A DNA stretch of 64,000 bases from Bacillota bacterium. GTDB lineage: Bacteria; Bacillota; Clostridia; Saccharofermentanales; DTU023. Shown in pieces: positions 9,177 through 18,394 of the stretch (positions are counted from its first letter, which is position 1; every line of letters starts with the position of its first letter). Location: positions 16,243 through 80,242 of the forward strand of contig JAMNZB010000057.1 of the NCBI GenBank assembly GCA_023622515.1, read 5' to 3'. Both the position numbers and the translations under genes were made by a program. Under the pieces are notes generated by a model. That model was not told the origin of the DNA. It did not search any database and worked only from the letters and a program-made list of their open reading frames with translations.

Positions 9177-10405
9177 GTCAGGCTGGCTCCGGAAGGCAGG
9201 AGAAGCGAAAGGGCCAAGAGCAGACGGAAAGCTGTAATCCCTTTGCCTGTGTGGCTCCCGAGGCCATGTATATCCATGTTCCCTTCTGTGAGAGCAAGTG
9301 CCATTACTGTAATTTTTACAGTATTAAGGCGAATAAAGCAGAGCGGGCAGCTTATGTTGACTTGCTCTTGCTGGAACTAAGGGAAAGGGCGAGAGAACTT
9401 ACGGCTTCAGGTGTGGCAAAACGTCCCTTGCGCTCCATTTACTTTGGCGGCGGAACGCCCGGTATTATGTCTCCGGGGGAAATTGAAAAGATTCTCTTAG
9501 AAATAAGCAGGCACTGGTCATTTGCTTCTGATATAGAAATTACCCTGGAAGCTAACCCGGGTTCGGATTTTGCGGAAAAAACCGCTGGCTTTAAGCAGCT
9601 TGGCATAAACCGCCTGAGTCTTGGTTTGCAAACTACGGACAATAAAAAGTTGGCCGCCTTAGGCCGCCGGCATACACGGGAAGATTTTGACCACAGCCTT
9701 GAAGCTGCCTATCGGGCAAATTTTACCAATATTTCCCTAGACTTGATGCTTGGCCTGCTTGGTGAAAGCTTTGATTCTTTTCAAGAGAATCTAGAGCTTG
9801 TCCTAACCTATAAAACACCGCACATTTCTTTCTATAGCTTGCAAATTGAAGAGGGGACAGCCCTGGCAAGGCAAGTTCGCGCCCGGCCCGATTTAGTCCC
9901 GGAGGAGGCCGAAGAACGTAAAATGTATCACTACCTCCTGGAAAGAGTGGAGGCGGAGGGGCTCCTCCCCTATGAAATTTCTAATGCCGCTAAGCCGGGC
10001 TTTGAATCCCGTCATAATTGTGTGTATTGGCGGGCGGAGCCCTATTATGGCTTAGGTCCGGCTGCCAGCTCCTACGTCTTTGGGTTGAGAAGTAGTAATC
10101 TTGCTGACTATAGTGCCTGGGCAGAGGCCATTTCTACGGGTAATTTTTCCAAAGCCTGTGTTATTGAGGAAGATGTCGATGGGACTGGCGCCCGCAAAGA
10201 ATTTATGATGCTGGGCTTCCGTCTGCTTGCCGGAATCTCAAAAGAGGCATACCGTAGCCTGTTTAAGGAAGAAATGGATGAGCGGTTTTCAGCAGAGCTA
10301 GGCTTGCTTCTCAAAAAGAAATATATTGAGGTAAGGGCGGAAGGCTACCGACTCACGGCCTTAGGTCTTGATTATGCCAACCGGGTTTTTGGAGAATTTA
10401 TCTAA
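9173..10405 (+). CDS. hemW: Radical SAM heme chaperone HemW (HemN-like, oxygen-independent coproporphyrinogen oxidase family)
   Basis: Radical SAM motif CESKCHYCNF, plus GGGTP and a HemN C-terminal-like region. The ATG at 9173 overlaps the upstream stop (ATGA). An alternative start at ATG 9266 (MYIHVPFC) would give the more usual N-terminus. Confidence 0.85.
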   Translation: MSQAGSGRQEKRKGQEQTESCNPFACVAPEAMYIHVPFCESKCHYCNFYSIKANKAERAAYVDLLLLELRERARELTASGVAKRPLRSIYFGGGTPGIMSPGEIEKILLEISRHWSFASDIEITLEANPGSDFAEKTAGFKQLGINRLSLGLQTTDNKKLAALGRRHTREDFDHSLEAAYRANFTNISLDLMLGLLGESFDSFQENLELVLTYKTPHISFYSLQIEEGTALARQVRARPDLVPEEAEERKMYHYLLERVEAEGLLPYEISNAAKPGFESRHNCVYWRAEPYYGLGPAASSYVFGLRSSNLADYSAWAEAISTGNFSKACVIEEDVDGTGARKEFMMLGFRLLAGISKEAYRSLFKEEMDERFSAELGLLLKKKYIEVRAEGYRLTALGLDYANRVFGEFI

Positions 10406-10459
10406 CAAAATAATGTCATCCTTCTTCACAATCGTTCAGATTTGAGGAGGCAAATTCTC

Positions 10460-10488
10460 TTGACGCACTGATAGTAGAATGTTAGAGT
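10460..10488 (+). promoter_or_regulatory. Sigma-A-type promoter of the hrcA operon
   Basis: TTGACG (10460..10465), a 17-nt spacer, then TAGAGT (10483..10488), immediately upstream of the CIRCE element. Confidence 0.5.
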
Positions 10489-10491
10489 GGA

Positions 10492-10518
10492 TAAGCACTC
10501 GAAGCAGAAGAGTGCTAA
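10492..10518 (+). promoter_or_regulatory. CIRCE operator (HrcA binding site)
   Basis: TAAGCACTC-gaagcagaa-GAGTGCTAA differs from the consensus TTAGCACTC-N9-GAGTGCTAA at one position. It lies 22 nt upstream of hrcA and is flanked by a further inverted repeat, GTTAGA/TCTAAC. Confidence 0.88.
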
Positions 10519-10540
10519 ATTCTAACAAGGGGGTTGGTCT

Positions 10541-11692
10541 ATGCCGGATGCAAAGGAAAAAAGAGAACTGAAACATCCACTTAGTGAACGAAAACGTGAA
10601 ATCTTATCGGCAATCATACAAGACTATGTTCGTTTTTATGAGCCGGTCGGTTCGAAGGCCCTCTTGTCCAGGCATGAATTAGGGGTCAGTTCAGCCACGG
10701 TACGAAATGAAATGGCGGAACTGGAAGAATTGGGCTATTTAGAACAACCCCATACATCCGCCGGCAGAATTCCTTCAGACAAAGGCTACCGCGCTTATGT
10801 AGACGATATGTTGCTCATCCCCGATTTGACGAGAAAAGAAAAAGAATATTTTGATAGTGTGCTAGCAAAGAGCAGTGATGAGATTAAAAATTTAATTCAC
10901 TGTGCAGCCGGAAGCCTGGCAGAATCGACCCGTCTAACCTCTCTGGTTCTGACACCAACCTACGGGGAAAGTGAACTGAAACAAGTCAAAATCCTCATGA
11001 TTGAGCCGGGTAAGGCTGTGGTCGTTGTCGTTCTCTCTGTTGGTCTTGTGCGTGACCGGATAGCCTATATCCCCGAAATGATTACCCAGGAAGAGCTGGA
11101 AAGTATTGCTGAAGCGGTAGAAACAACCCTTGCCGGACAAAAACTGCATGAAATCACCTTGCTTGCTGTTACGGATGCCGGTCAAACAGAAGGGATACCG
11201 GAGCCCCTCTTAAATCAAGTCCTCTTTGAGACCTATTTAGCCATCAAGCAAGCAGAAAATATAGATGTATTTATGCAAGGGTCTCATCAATTATTGAAAC
11301 AACCGGAATTTGCTGATGCAAAAAAAGCGCACCGGGTACTGGAAACAATAAGTCAAAACGGTCTTGTTGCCGGCTATCTTTCCGAGCTGGAAGAGGACAA
11401 TGCTCCGGAAAAATATCAAAAGGACAGTCCTGCCTTTGCTATCCGTATTGGCCAGGAGATTACTCTGGAAGGCCTGGAGGAATGTAGCTTTATCTCTACT
11501 TCCTACCGGCTGGGCGATAGTGTACAGGGAAAAATTGCCGTTGTTGGTCCCAAACGGATGCAGTATGCCCAGATTATTTCCGAGGTCCAATTTGTAAGAA
11601 AAAAAATCAATGAAAGAATCATTGAGTTAAGTGATAAAGATATCAAAGAAATAAAAGGAGATTGCGATGACCAAACAAGAAGAAAAGCGTAA
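10541..11692 (+). CDS. hrcA: Heat-inducible transcription repressor HrcA
   Basis: The N-terminal winged helix LSERKREILSAIIQDYVRFYEPVGSKAL...SSATVRNEMAELEELGYLEQPHTSAGRIPSDKGYR is near-canonical HrcA. It sits in front of grpE-dnaK-dnaJ. Confidence 0.92.
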   Translation: MPDAKEKRELKHPLSERKREILSAIIQDYVRFYEPVGSKALLSRHELGVSSATVRNEMAELEELGYLEQPHTSAGRIPSDKGYRAYVDDMLLIPDLTRKEKEYFDSVLAKSSDEIKNLIHCAAGSLAESTRLTSLVLTPTYGESELKQVKILMIEPGKAVVVVVLSVGLVRDRIAYIPEMITQEELESIAEAVETTLAGQKLHEITLLAVTDAGQTEGIPEPLLNQVLFETYLAIKQAENIDVFMQGSHQLLKQPEFADAKKAHRVLETISQNGLVAGYLSELEEDNAPEKYQKDSPAFAIRIGQEITLEGLEECSFISTSYRLGDSVQGKIAVVGPKRMQYAQIISEVQFVRKKINERIIELSDKDIKEIKGDCDDQTRRKA

Positions 11693-12350
11693 CAAGGCTA
11701 ATGACCAAGCATCGCCGGAGATTCTTGAAGAGGACGTAAAGGAAAAGGGCAGCCCCCTCGAAAATCTTCCGCCTGAAGAAGTCTTTTCTGAAGACGATGC
11801 TGATGAAGGAGACGACCGGAAACTTAGCGAAGAAGATGAGGAATTTGAAGAAACTGAGGATCTTGAGGAGGGTCTCCTAGAGTCCGATCCTGTTTCCGAA
11901 CTTGTTACTGAGTTAAGTGAAAAACTGGCAGAGGCTGAAGATGCCAAGCTCAGGCTGAGTGCTGAATTTGATAATTTCAGGCGGCGCAGCCGCAAAGAAA
12001 GAGAGCAGGTATATACAAATGCGAAGCTTGACTTGGTGAAGAGCTTTTTACCTTTGTTTGACGGCTTAGACCGGGCTCGCGACAGTTATGTCATGCAAGA
12101 TAGCGAAGAAGCAAAAAACATGCTTGAGGGCATTAATCTCCTCATAAAGCAAGGTCAAGACTGCCTTCGGGAAATCGGTGTCGAAGAGATTGATTGCGAA
12201 AATCAGGAGTTTGACCCCAATTTCCACGAAGCCGTTCAACATATAGAAGATGAGCAGTATGGAAAAAATGAAGTGATTGAAGTACTTCTCAAAGGCTATA
12301 AAGCAGGTGATACGGTAATTCGCCACAGTCTTGTTCGAGTAGCCAATTAA
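11667..12350 (+). CDS. grpE: Nucleotide exchange factor GrpE
   Basis: An acidic N-terminal region is followed by the GrpE core ([19 protein letters not shown] ... [11 protein letters not shown] ... [20 protein letters not shown]). The start overlaps the hrcA end by 26 nt. Confidence 0.9.
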   Translation: MTKQEEKRNKANDQASPEILEEDVKEKGSPLENLPPEEVFSEDDADEGDDRKLSEEDEEFEETEDLEEGLLESDPVSELVTELSEKLAEAEDAKLRLSAEFDNFRRRSRKEREQVYTNAKLDLVKSFLPLFDGLDRARDSYVMQDSEEAKNMLEGINLLIKQGQDCLREIGVEEIDCENQEFDPNFHEAVQHIEDEQYGKNEVIEVLLKGYKAGDTVIRHSLVRVAN

Positions 12351-12442
12351 GAGACAAGAAGCAAATAATTGAACAAATAGTTGAAATAGTAAAGACAAGA
12401 AAAAAGAAAGAAGCAGCCAAGCTGTTAGGAGGATTAGATAAT

Positions 12443-14281
12443 ATGGGAAAAATTATAGGAATTGACTTAGGTACAACAAATTCATGTGTAGCGGTATTAG
12501 AGGGTGGCGAAGCTGTCGTTATCCCCAATGCGGAAGGATCCAGGACAACCCCGTCTGTTGTCGCGTTTGCTAAGGATGGGCAGCGCTTGGTTGGTCAGAT
12601 TGCCAAACGGCAAGCCGTAACCAATCCGGACCGTACCGTTCTCTCTATAAAAAGAGAAATGGGAAGCAATTTCAAGGCAAGGATTGATGGTAAAGATTAT
12701 TCACCACAAGAAATTTCGGCCATGGTCTTACAAAAACTAAAACAAGATGCAGAAGCCTATTTAGGTACGACGGTTGACCAAGCGGTTATTACCGTTCCTG
12801 CCTACTTCAGTGATGCCCAGCGTCAAGCCACAAAAGATGCCGGTCGCATTGCCGGTCTTGAAGTACAAAGAATCATCAATGAGCCAACAGCCGCAGCCCT
12901 GGCTTACGGCCTTGACAAGGAAGAAGAACAGAAAATAGTTGTTTTTGACCTTGGTGGCGGCACCTTTGACGTATCCGTCCTGGAAATTGGTGATGGTGTA
13001 TTTGAAGTTTTAGCCACATCCGGAAACAACAGGCTTGGTGGTGATGACTTTGATAAGCGGGTTGTTGATTGGATTGTTGATGAAACAAAAAAATCACAAG
13101 GCATTGATTTGAGCAATGACAAAATGGCTATGCAAAGACTGAGAGAGGCTGCTGAAAAAGCAAAAATTGAACTCTCCGGCGTAACCACAACCAGTATTAA
13201 CCTACCCTATATCACGGCAGATGCCAGTGGCCCCATCCACTTAGATTTGAGCTTGTCCAGAGCCAAATTTGATGATTTGACAAGTGATTTGGTTGAAGCC
13301 AGCATGAAACCTGTACGCCAGGCCATGAAGGATGCCGGTTTGGAAGCAAGAGATATTTCTAAAGTTCTATTAGTTGGCGGCTCAACACGAATTCCCGCAG
13401 TACAGGATGCCGTACAGGATTTCTTCAATAAAGAGCCCTTTAGAGGTATTAATCCTGACGAGTGTGTAGCCCTTGGTGCAGCCATTCAAGGTGGTGTTCT
13501 CTCCGGTGATGTCAAGGGCATGGTCCTGCTCGATGTCACCCCCTTGTCTCTCGGTATTGAAACCATGGGTGGGGTTATGACGAAAATTATTGAAAGAAAT
13601 ACCACAATCCCCACAAAAAAGAGCCAGATTTTCTCTACGGCAGCAGATGGGCAAACTTCTGTTGAAATCCACGTCCTCCAAGGAGAGAGGGAATTTGTCA
13701 GGGACAATAAAACCCTGGGCAACTTTATCTTAGACGGTATTGCACCGGCGCCCAGAGGCATTCCTCAGATTGAAGTTACCTTTGATATTGACGCCAACGG
13801 TATTGTTAATGTCAGTGCTGTTGATAAAGGAACAAGCCGTGAGCAACATATCACCATTACGGCCTCCTCCAACCTCAGTGAAGAAGAGATTGAGAAAGCG
13901 GTAAGCGATGCCGAAAAATTTGCTGAAGAAGACCGCAAAGAAAAGGAAAAGGTGGATACGAAGAATGCTGCGGACAGCATGATTTATCAAGCCGAAAAAA
14001 GTTTAAGAGATTTAGGCGATAAGGTTGAAACAGAAGACAAAAATAATATAGAATCAGCAATAGAGGACGTAAAAGCTGTGCTTGACCAAGATGATGTTCA
14101 GCTAATCAAGGCCAAAACGGAAGAGTTACGGTTGTTATTCTTCAAGGTATCGGAGAAGGTTTACCAGAAAGAGGCCGCCGCTGCCAATGCAGCACAGGCT
14201 GAGCATAGCCAGGCAGGCCAAAGTGCTTCTCCTGAAGGAACGTATGAAGCGGATTTCAAAGACGCCGGCGGCGATGAATAA
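12443..14281 (+). CDS. dnaK: Molecular chaperone DnaK (Hsp70)
   Basis: [41 protein letters not shown] and [16 protein letters not shown]; 612 aa. Confidence 0.98.
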   Translation: MGKIIGIDLGTTNSCVAVLEGGEAVVIPNAEGSRTTPSVVAFAKDGQRLVGQIAKRQAVTNPDRTVLSIKREMGSNFKARIDGKDYSPQEISAMVLQKLKQDAEAYLGTTVDQAVITVPAYFSDAQRQATKDAGRIAGLEVQRIINEPTAAALAYGLDKEEEQKIVVFDLGGGTFDVSVLEIGDGVFEVLATSGNNRLGGDDFDKRVVDWIVDETKKSQGIDLSNDKMAMQRLREAAEKAKIELSGVTTTSINLPYITADASGPIHLDLSLSRAKFDDLTSDLVEASMKPVRQAMKDAGLEARDISKVLLVGGSTRIPAVQDAVQDFFNKEPFRGINPDECVALGAAIQGGVLSGDVKGMVLLDVTPLSLGIETMGGVMTKIIERNTTIPTKKSQIFSTAADGQTSVEIHVLQGEREFVRDNKTLGNFILDGIAPAPRGIPQIEVTFDIDANGIVNVSAVDKGTSREQHITITASSNLSEEEIEKAVSDAEKFAEEDRKEKEKVDTKNAADSMIYQAEKSLRDLGDKVETEDKNNIESAIEDVKAVLDQDDVQLIKAKTEELRLLFFKVSEKVYQKEAAAANAAQAEHSQAGQSASPEGTYEADFKDAGGDE

Positions 14282-14335
14282 TCTCTCCGGTACAGACAGT
14301 ACGGAGAAATATTAGTAAGATAAGACAGTAGAAAA

Positions 14336-14366
14336 TCTCGTCTTTGAAAAAAGACGAGAATTTCTT
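14336..14366 (+). terminator. Rho-independent terminator/attenuator between dnaK and dnaJ
   Basis: A 10-bp stem TCTCGTCTTT / AAAGACGAGA with a GAAA loop, followed by ATTTCTT. Confidence 0.6.
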
Positions 14367-14412
14367 GTCTGATTTAAAACGATTTTCTCTTATGCGGAAG
14401 GAGGATCTCTGA

Positions 14413-15591
14413 GTGGCGCAAAAACGCGATTATTATGAGGTTCTGGGTGTCTCGAAAGACGCGGATGAAAAACAAATAAAAAGAGCTTACTGGAAGTTGG
14501 CAAAAAAATATCACCCCGATGTTAATCCGGGCGATGATGAAGCGGAAGCTAAGTTCAAAGAAGCCAACGAAGCCTATGAGGTACTTAGTGACCCGGAAAA
14601 ACGTCAACGCTATGATCAGTTCGGCCACGCCGGATTTGATCCGACAAGCTTTACCGGGGGCTTTAGTACCGGCTCCTTCGGCATCAATCTGGAGGATATC
14701 TTTAATTCGCTCTTTGGTGATTTTGGCTTTGGCGGTTTTGGCGGTTTTAGCCAAAGAGGAAGCAGGCGGACGCAAACAGCTGTTCCGGGGGCCAACCTGC
14801 GCTATCGCATGAATCTCGATTTCATGGAAGCTGCTTTTGGAACTGAGCGGGTAATTAATATTCGCCGGGAAGACTTGTGTGATGCTTGTGACGGTACAGG
14901 GGCAGCGGAGGGTGGCAAACCGACGACTTGTCCAACCTGTAAGGGAAGCGGTACTATTCACATGCGCCAACAGACCCTGTTCGGGCAAATGACCAGCACC
15001 CAGACTTGTTCACAGTGTCATGGCAGTGGTGAGATTATCGATAATCCCTGTCAAAGTTGCCGGGGTTCCGGGCGAAAAGAAAAAGTAAAAAGTTTAAAAG
15101 TAAAGGTCCCTGCCGGTATTAATGAGAACGAACAGTTGACATTACGAGGTGAGGGAGAGCCGGGATATCGTGGAGGCCCGCGTGGCAACCTTTATATTTC
15201 TATTCATATCAACCCCCACCCTGTATTTACCAGGAAAAATAATGATACTTATTGTGAGGTGCCTGTCACATTTGCCCAGGCAGCCTTGGGGGCAGAGGTG
15301 GAAGTGCCAACGATTGACGGGAATGTAACTTTTAAGCTCAATGAGGGAACTCAGCCCGATGATGTGTATACGCTGAAGGGGAAGGGGATCCCTTATATTC
15401 AAGGCCGGGGCAGGGGCAACCACCACTTCAAGGTCATCCTTGAAGTACCGCGCAATTTAAGCGAAGAGCAAAAAAATTTCCTGAAAAAGTTTGATGAAAA
15501 TATAAATGAAAGCCATTATCAAAAAAGAACGGGTTTTTTCGACAAAATAAGAAATTTGTTTTCAGGTAAAAATAATGATGCAAAACATTAA
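14413..15591 (+). CDS. dnaJ: Co-chaperone DnaJ
   Basis: The GTG start follows GGAGG. It has a J domain (DYYEVLGVSKDADEKQIKRAYWKLAKKYHPD), a G/F-rich linker and four CxxCxGxG zinc-finger repeats. Confidence 0.95.
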   Translation: MAQKRDYYEVLGVSKDADEKQIKRAYWKLAKKYHPDVNPGDDEAEAKFKEANEAYEVLSDPEKRQRYDQFGHAGFDPTSFTGGFSTGSFGINLEDIFNSLFGDFGFGGFGGFSQRGSRRTQTAVPGANLRYRMNLDFMEAAFGTERVINIRREDLCDACDGTGAAEGGKPTTCPTCKGSGTIHMRQQTLFGQMTSTQTCSQCHGSGEIIDNPCQSCRGSGRKEKVKSLKVKVPAGINENEQLTLRGEGEPGYRGGPRGNLYISIHINPHPVFTRKNNDTYCEVPVTFAQAALGAEVEVPTIDGNVTFKLNEGTQPDDVYTLKGKGIPYIQGRGRGNHHFKVILEVPRNLSEEQKNFLKKFDENINESHYQKRTGFFDKIRNLFSGKNNDAKH

Positions 15592-16669
15592 ACTACGTTT
15601 TCATGTTTCCCACATTCTGTCCGATCTACTTGCCGATTGCCTAAGCTCTCTCGGGGCAAGTGGCGTAGCTAGTGTAGACCGGACAGAATTTGAAGCTATC
15701 TATCTGGCCCAAAAGGATGCCGTCTACGCTACCGATGCCGTTGATGAATATCTTTCAGAGCTGCCGGAATTTGTTCTTGTGGAAGCCTGGTTTAGTCCTG
15801 AAAATAAACTAGTGGGGGTTCAAAATAATACCCCTGTCCTCGTTGACTTAGATGGCGATTTCCAAGGTGAATTATATGAGGTGCAGGACAAAGAACCTGT
15901 GCCTCTTTGCGATGTCGTGGCCTTTATTGAGGAAAAAATGGCCGCTTTTCAAGAGTTTTTCGGGGGTGATTACCGCTATCTGGGTGCAGAGCTTATTGAA
16001 AGTGAAGATTGGGAAAATGCCTGGAAAGAGTTTTATGCCCCTTTACGTCTGAGTAGCCGAATTACCGTGTGCCCCAGTTGGATTGATTATCAGGCAAATC
16101 CGGGTGAAGAGCTTATTTCTCTTGATCCCGGCACAGCCTTTGGTACGGGCTACCACGAAAGCACAGAACTTTGTACAGCCTATTTGGATGAGCTTGCCTT
16201 CCGCGAGGAAGATTTTTTTCAAGAGGCCAGGATGCTTGACCTGGGGACCGGAAGCGGTATTTTGGCTATTATCATGGCTAAGCTCGGAGCAAAATATCTT
16301 GAGGCGGTCGATATTGATGGGCAGGCGGTAGAGACGGCAAAGGAAAATTTTGCCAAGAACAACTTGAACTTTTATCCGGAAAAGAGCGGGGACAAAAAAG
16401 AAGGCTATTTCCTTTATCCGGGGGAACTATCCGATACAGGCGGAAAGTTTGACCTGCTGGTGGCGAATTTAATTGCGAAACTGCATGTCGACCTGGCCGA
16501 GGAGTATGAACGCGCACTCAATAAGAAAGGCTATCTGCTCCTATCCGGAATTATTGACAGTAAGATGCGGGATGTCTTGACTGCCCTGGAAAAAGTTGGC
16601 CTGAAACTAAAAGAGGCCCGCTTAAAAAACGACTGGTGGGCCTTAGTCTTTCGTAAACCGGAAAAATAG
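15575..16669 (+). CDS. prmA: Ribosomal protein L11 methyltransferase PrmA
   Basis: SAM-binding motif LDLGTGSGILAI, GTGYHESTELC, and the conserved position after dnaJ. The start overlaps the dnaJ end by 17 nt, and the exact start is uncertain. Confidence 0.85.
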   Translation: MMQNIKLRFHVSHILSDLLADCLSSLGASGVASVDRTEFEAIYLAQKDAVYATDAVDEYLSELPEFVLVEAWFSPENKLVGVQNNTPVLVDLDGDFQGELYEVQDKEPVPLCDVVAFIEEKMAAFQEFFGGDYRYLGAELIESEDWENAWKEFYAPLRLSSRITVCPSWIDYQANPGEELISLDPGTAFGTGYHESTELCTAYLDELAFREEDFFQEARMLDLGTGSGILAIIMAKLGAKYLEAVDIDGQAVETAKENFAKNNLNFYPEKSGDKKEGYFLYPGELSDTGGKFDLLVANLIAKLHVDLAEEYERALNKKGYLLLSGIIDSKMRDVLTALEKVGLKLKEARLKNDWWALVFRKPEK

Positions 16670-16794
16670 TTTTTTCTTGTGAACATTTAATGTAGCGTAC
16701 GAGTCAAAATTGGGAATTATTTAGAATTATCTAGAGTATATTCCGGCTACATGTTAAAATAAGAGGGTAGCAATATATTGAATGGAGGTTACCT

Positions 16795-17898
16795 ATGAAA
16801 CGAACACCTTTGTATGAAAAGCATCTTGCCTTGGAGGCAAAAATGTCCGAGTATGCCGGCTTTGAGATGCCGATTGAGTATCAGGGCATTCAAGAAGAAA
16901 TTCATGCAGTAAGAAATGAGTGTGGGCTTTTTGATGTCTCACATATGGGAGAAATTCGGGTAAAAGGCGAAGCAGCAGAAGCTTTCCTGAATTGGCTCCT
17001 CAGCCGTCCGATTGATGGAAGAAAGACTCATATCGTCAGCTATGTTGCCTTATGCTATGAGGATGGAGGAACCGTTGATGACTTTTTAGTCTACCGTTTT
17101 GCAGAAAAACATGATTATTGGCTGGTTGTCAATGCAGCAAACAAGGATAAGGACTATGCCTATCTCCTTGAGATGAAAGAAGAGTTCTATAAACGCTTCC
17201 CTGAGCAAAGTCAGGACTTAGTCATTATTGACGAAAGCGACTTATATGGGCAAGTTGCCGTACAGGGACCGAAAACAGTGGAGATTATGACAAAGTTCCT
17301 TGAGGGAAGGAATAAGGAGCAAGCGGTTATTGATCAAATCTTAGGACAAAAGAGCTACCATAGCTATCGTGAAGTCTTAGAAAATGACCTTTCGCTTGTT
17401 ATTTCAAGGACAGGGTATACCGGAGAAGATGGCTTTGAAGTATATGTACCGGTAGCTGATACCGAGGCTGTTTGGGATGAGTTTATGGCTTTAGGCTGTG
17501 TTCCTTGTGGTCTGGGTTCTCGCGACGTCCTGCGCCTTGAAGCCGGTATGCCCCTCTATGGCAATGAAATGAGTGCCGAGCTGAATGCCTTGGATGCCGG
17601 AATGAAGTTTATCGTCAGCGACCATGAACCCTTTATTGCCGGAAAATTGGTGCAAAAGTACAAGATTATTCCCATTGTCAGTGTAAAGAAGGCCATTCCC
17701 CGTTCAGGTTACCCGGTTAAAGTGGACGGAAAAGAAGTCGGTGTAATCAGTTCAGGTGCCTATTCACCAACTATAGGTAAAGGTATAGCCTATGCTCGGG
17801 TTCCCCTTGATTTCCCCGAGGATGTTGAGGAGTTTGACGTAGAGATTCACCGTAAAGACAGGCCCTTCGTAAAAGCGACAACCCCCTTTTATAAGTAG
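16795..17898 (+). CDS. gcvT: Glycine cleavage system aminomethyltransferase GcvT
   Basis: KRTPLYEKH, CGLFDVSHMGEIRVKG, SRTGYTGEDGFEVY and RDVLRLEAGMPLYGNEM. Confidence 0.93.
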   Translation: MKRTPLYEKHLALEAKMSEYAGFEMPIEYQGIQEEIHAVRNECGLFDVSHMGEIRVKGEAAEAFLNWLLSRPIDGRKTHIVSYVALCYEDGGTVDDFLVYRFAEKHDYWLVVNAANKDKDYAYLLEMKEEFYKRFPEQSQDLVIIDESDLYGQVAVQGPKTVEIMTKFLEGRNKEQAVIDQILGQKSYHSYREVLENDLSLVISRTGYTGEDGFEVYVPVADTEAVWDEFMALGCVPCGLGSRDVLRLEAGMPLYGNEMSAELNALDAGMKFIVSDHEPFIAGKLVQKYKIIPIVSVKKAIPRSGYPVKVDGKEVGVISSGAYSPTIGKGIAYARVPLDFPEDVEEFDVEIHRKDRPFVKATTPFYK

Positions 17899-17998
17899 CA
17901 GGAATTCGTAAAATTCCGCAAGTGAGATTAGTTAAGTAAGATAGAAAGTACGATTTTAAGAAGAACGGACATGTTCAAAGAAGAAAGGAAAAAAGATT

Positions 17999-18394
17999 AT
18001 GGCAAATTATGAAGTAAGAAAAGATCTGCTCTACACAGAATCCCATGAGTGGGTCCGCAAAGTTTCCGACACAGAAGTAGAAGTTGGTATCAGTGATTAT
18101 GCGGCTACAGAATTAGGCGAACTGGTCTATGGTGAAGCAGAGCCGGTAGATACGGAAGTTGAAAGAGGCGATATCGTTGGTAGTGTTGAATCCGTAAAAA
18201 TGGCCAGTGATGTTTTTGCCCCGGTCAGCGGCACAATCATTGACGCAAATGAAGATATTGAAGATGAGCCGGAAGCCATCAACGAATCACCTTATGATGT
18301 TTGGATTGTAAAAATTGAACTTTCTGACGTATCCGAACTTGATGACTTAATGGATGCCGAAGCTTACGAAAAGTTTTTGGATGAGGAGGCCTAA
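17999..18394 (+). CDS. gcvH: Glycine cleavage system H protein
   Basis: YTESHEWV and the lipoyl-lysine motif VESVKMASDVFAPVSG; 131 aa. Confidence 0.93.
   Translation: MANYEVRKDLLYTESHEWVRKVSDTEVEVGISDYAATELGELVYGEAEPVDTEVERGDIVGSVESVKMASDVFAPVSGTIIDANEDIEDEPEAINESPYDVWIVKIELSDVSELDDLMDAEAYEKFLDEEA

Noticed and set aside
11627-11995. 122-aa serine-rich ORF on the - strand
   Set aside because: It lies exactly antisense to the Glu/Asp-rich N-terminal region of grpE. The GAA/GAG/GAT codons mirror into TTC/CTC/ATC-type codons, and the low-complexity Ser/Leu run is a shadow ORF with no RBS.
14374-14988. 204-aa ORF antisense to dnaJ
   Set aside because: It is fully contained in the unmistakable dnaJ gene, has no recognisable motifs or RBS, and is a typical shadow frame.
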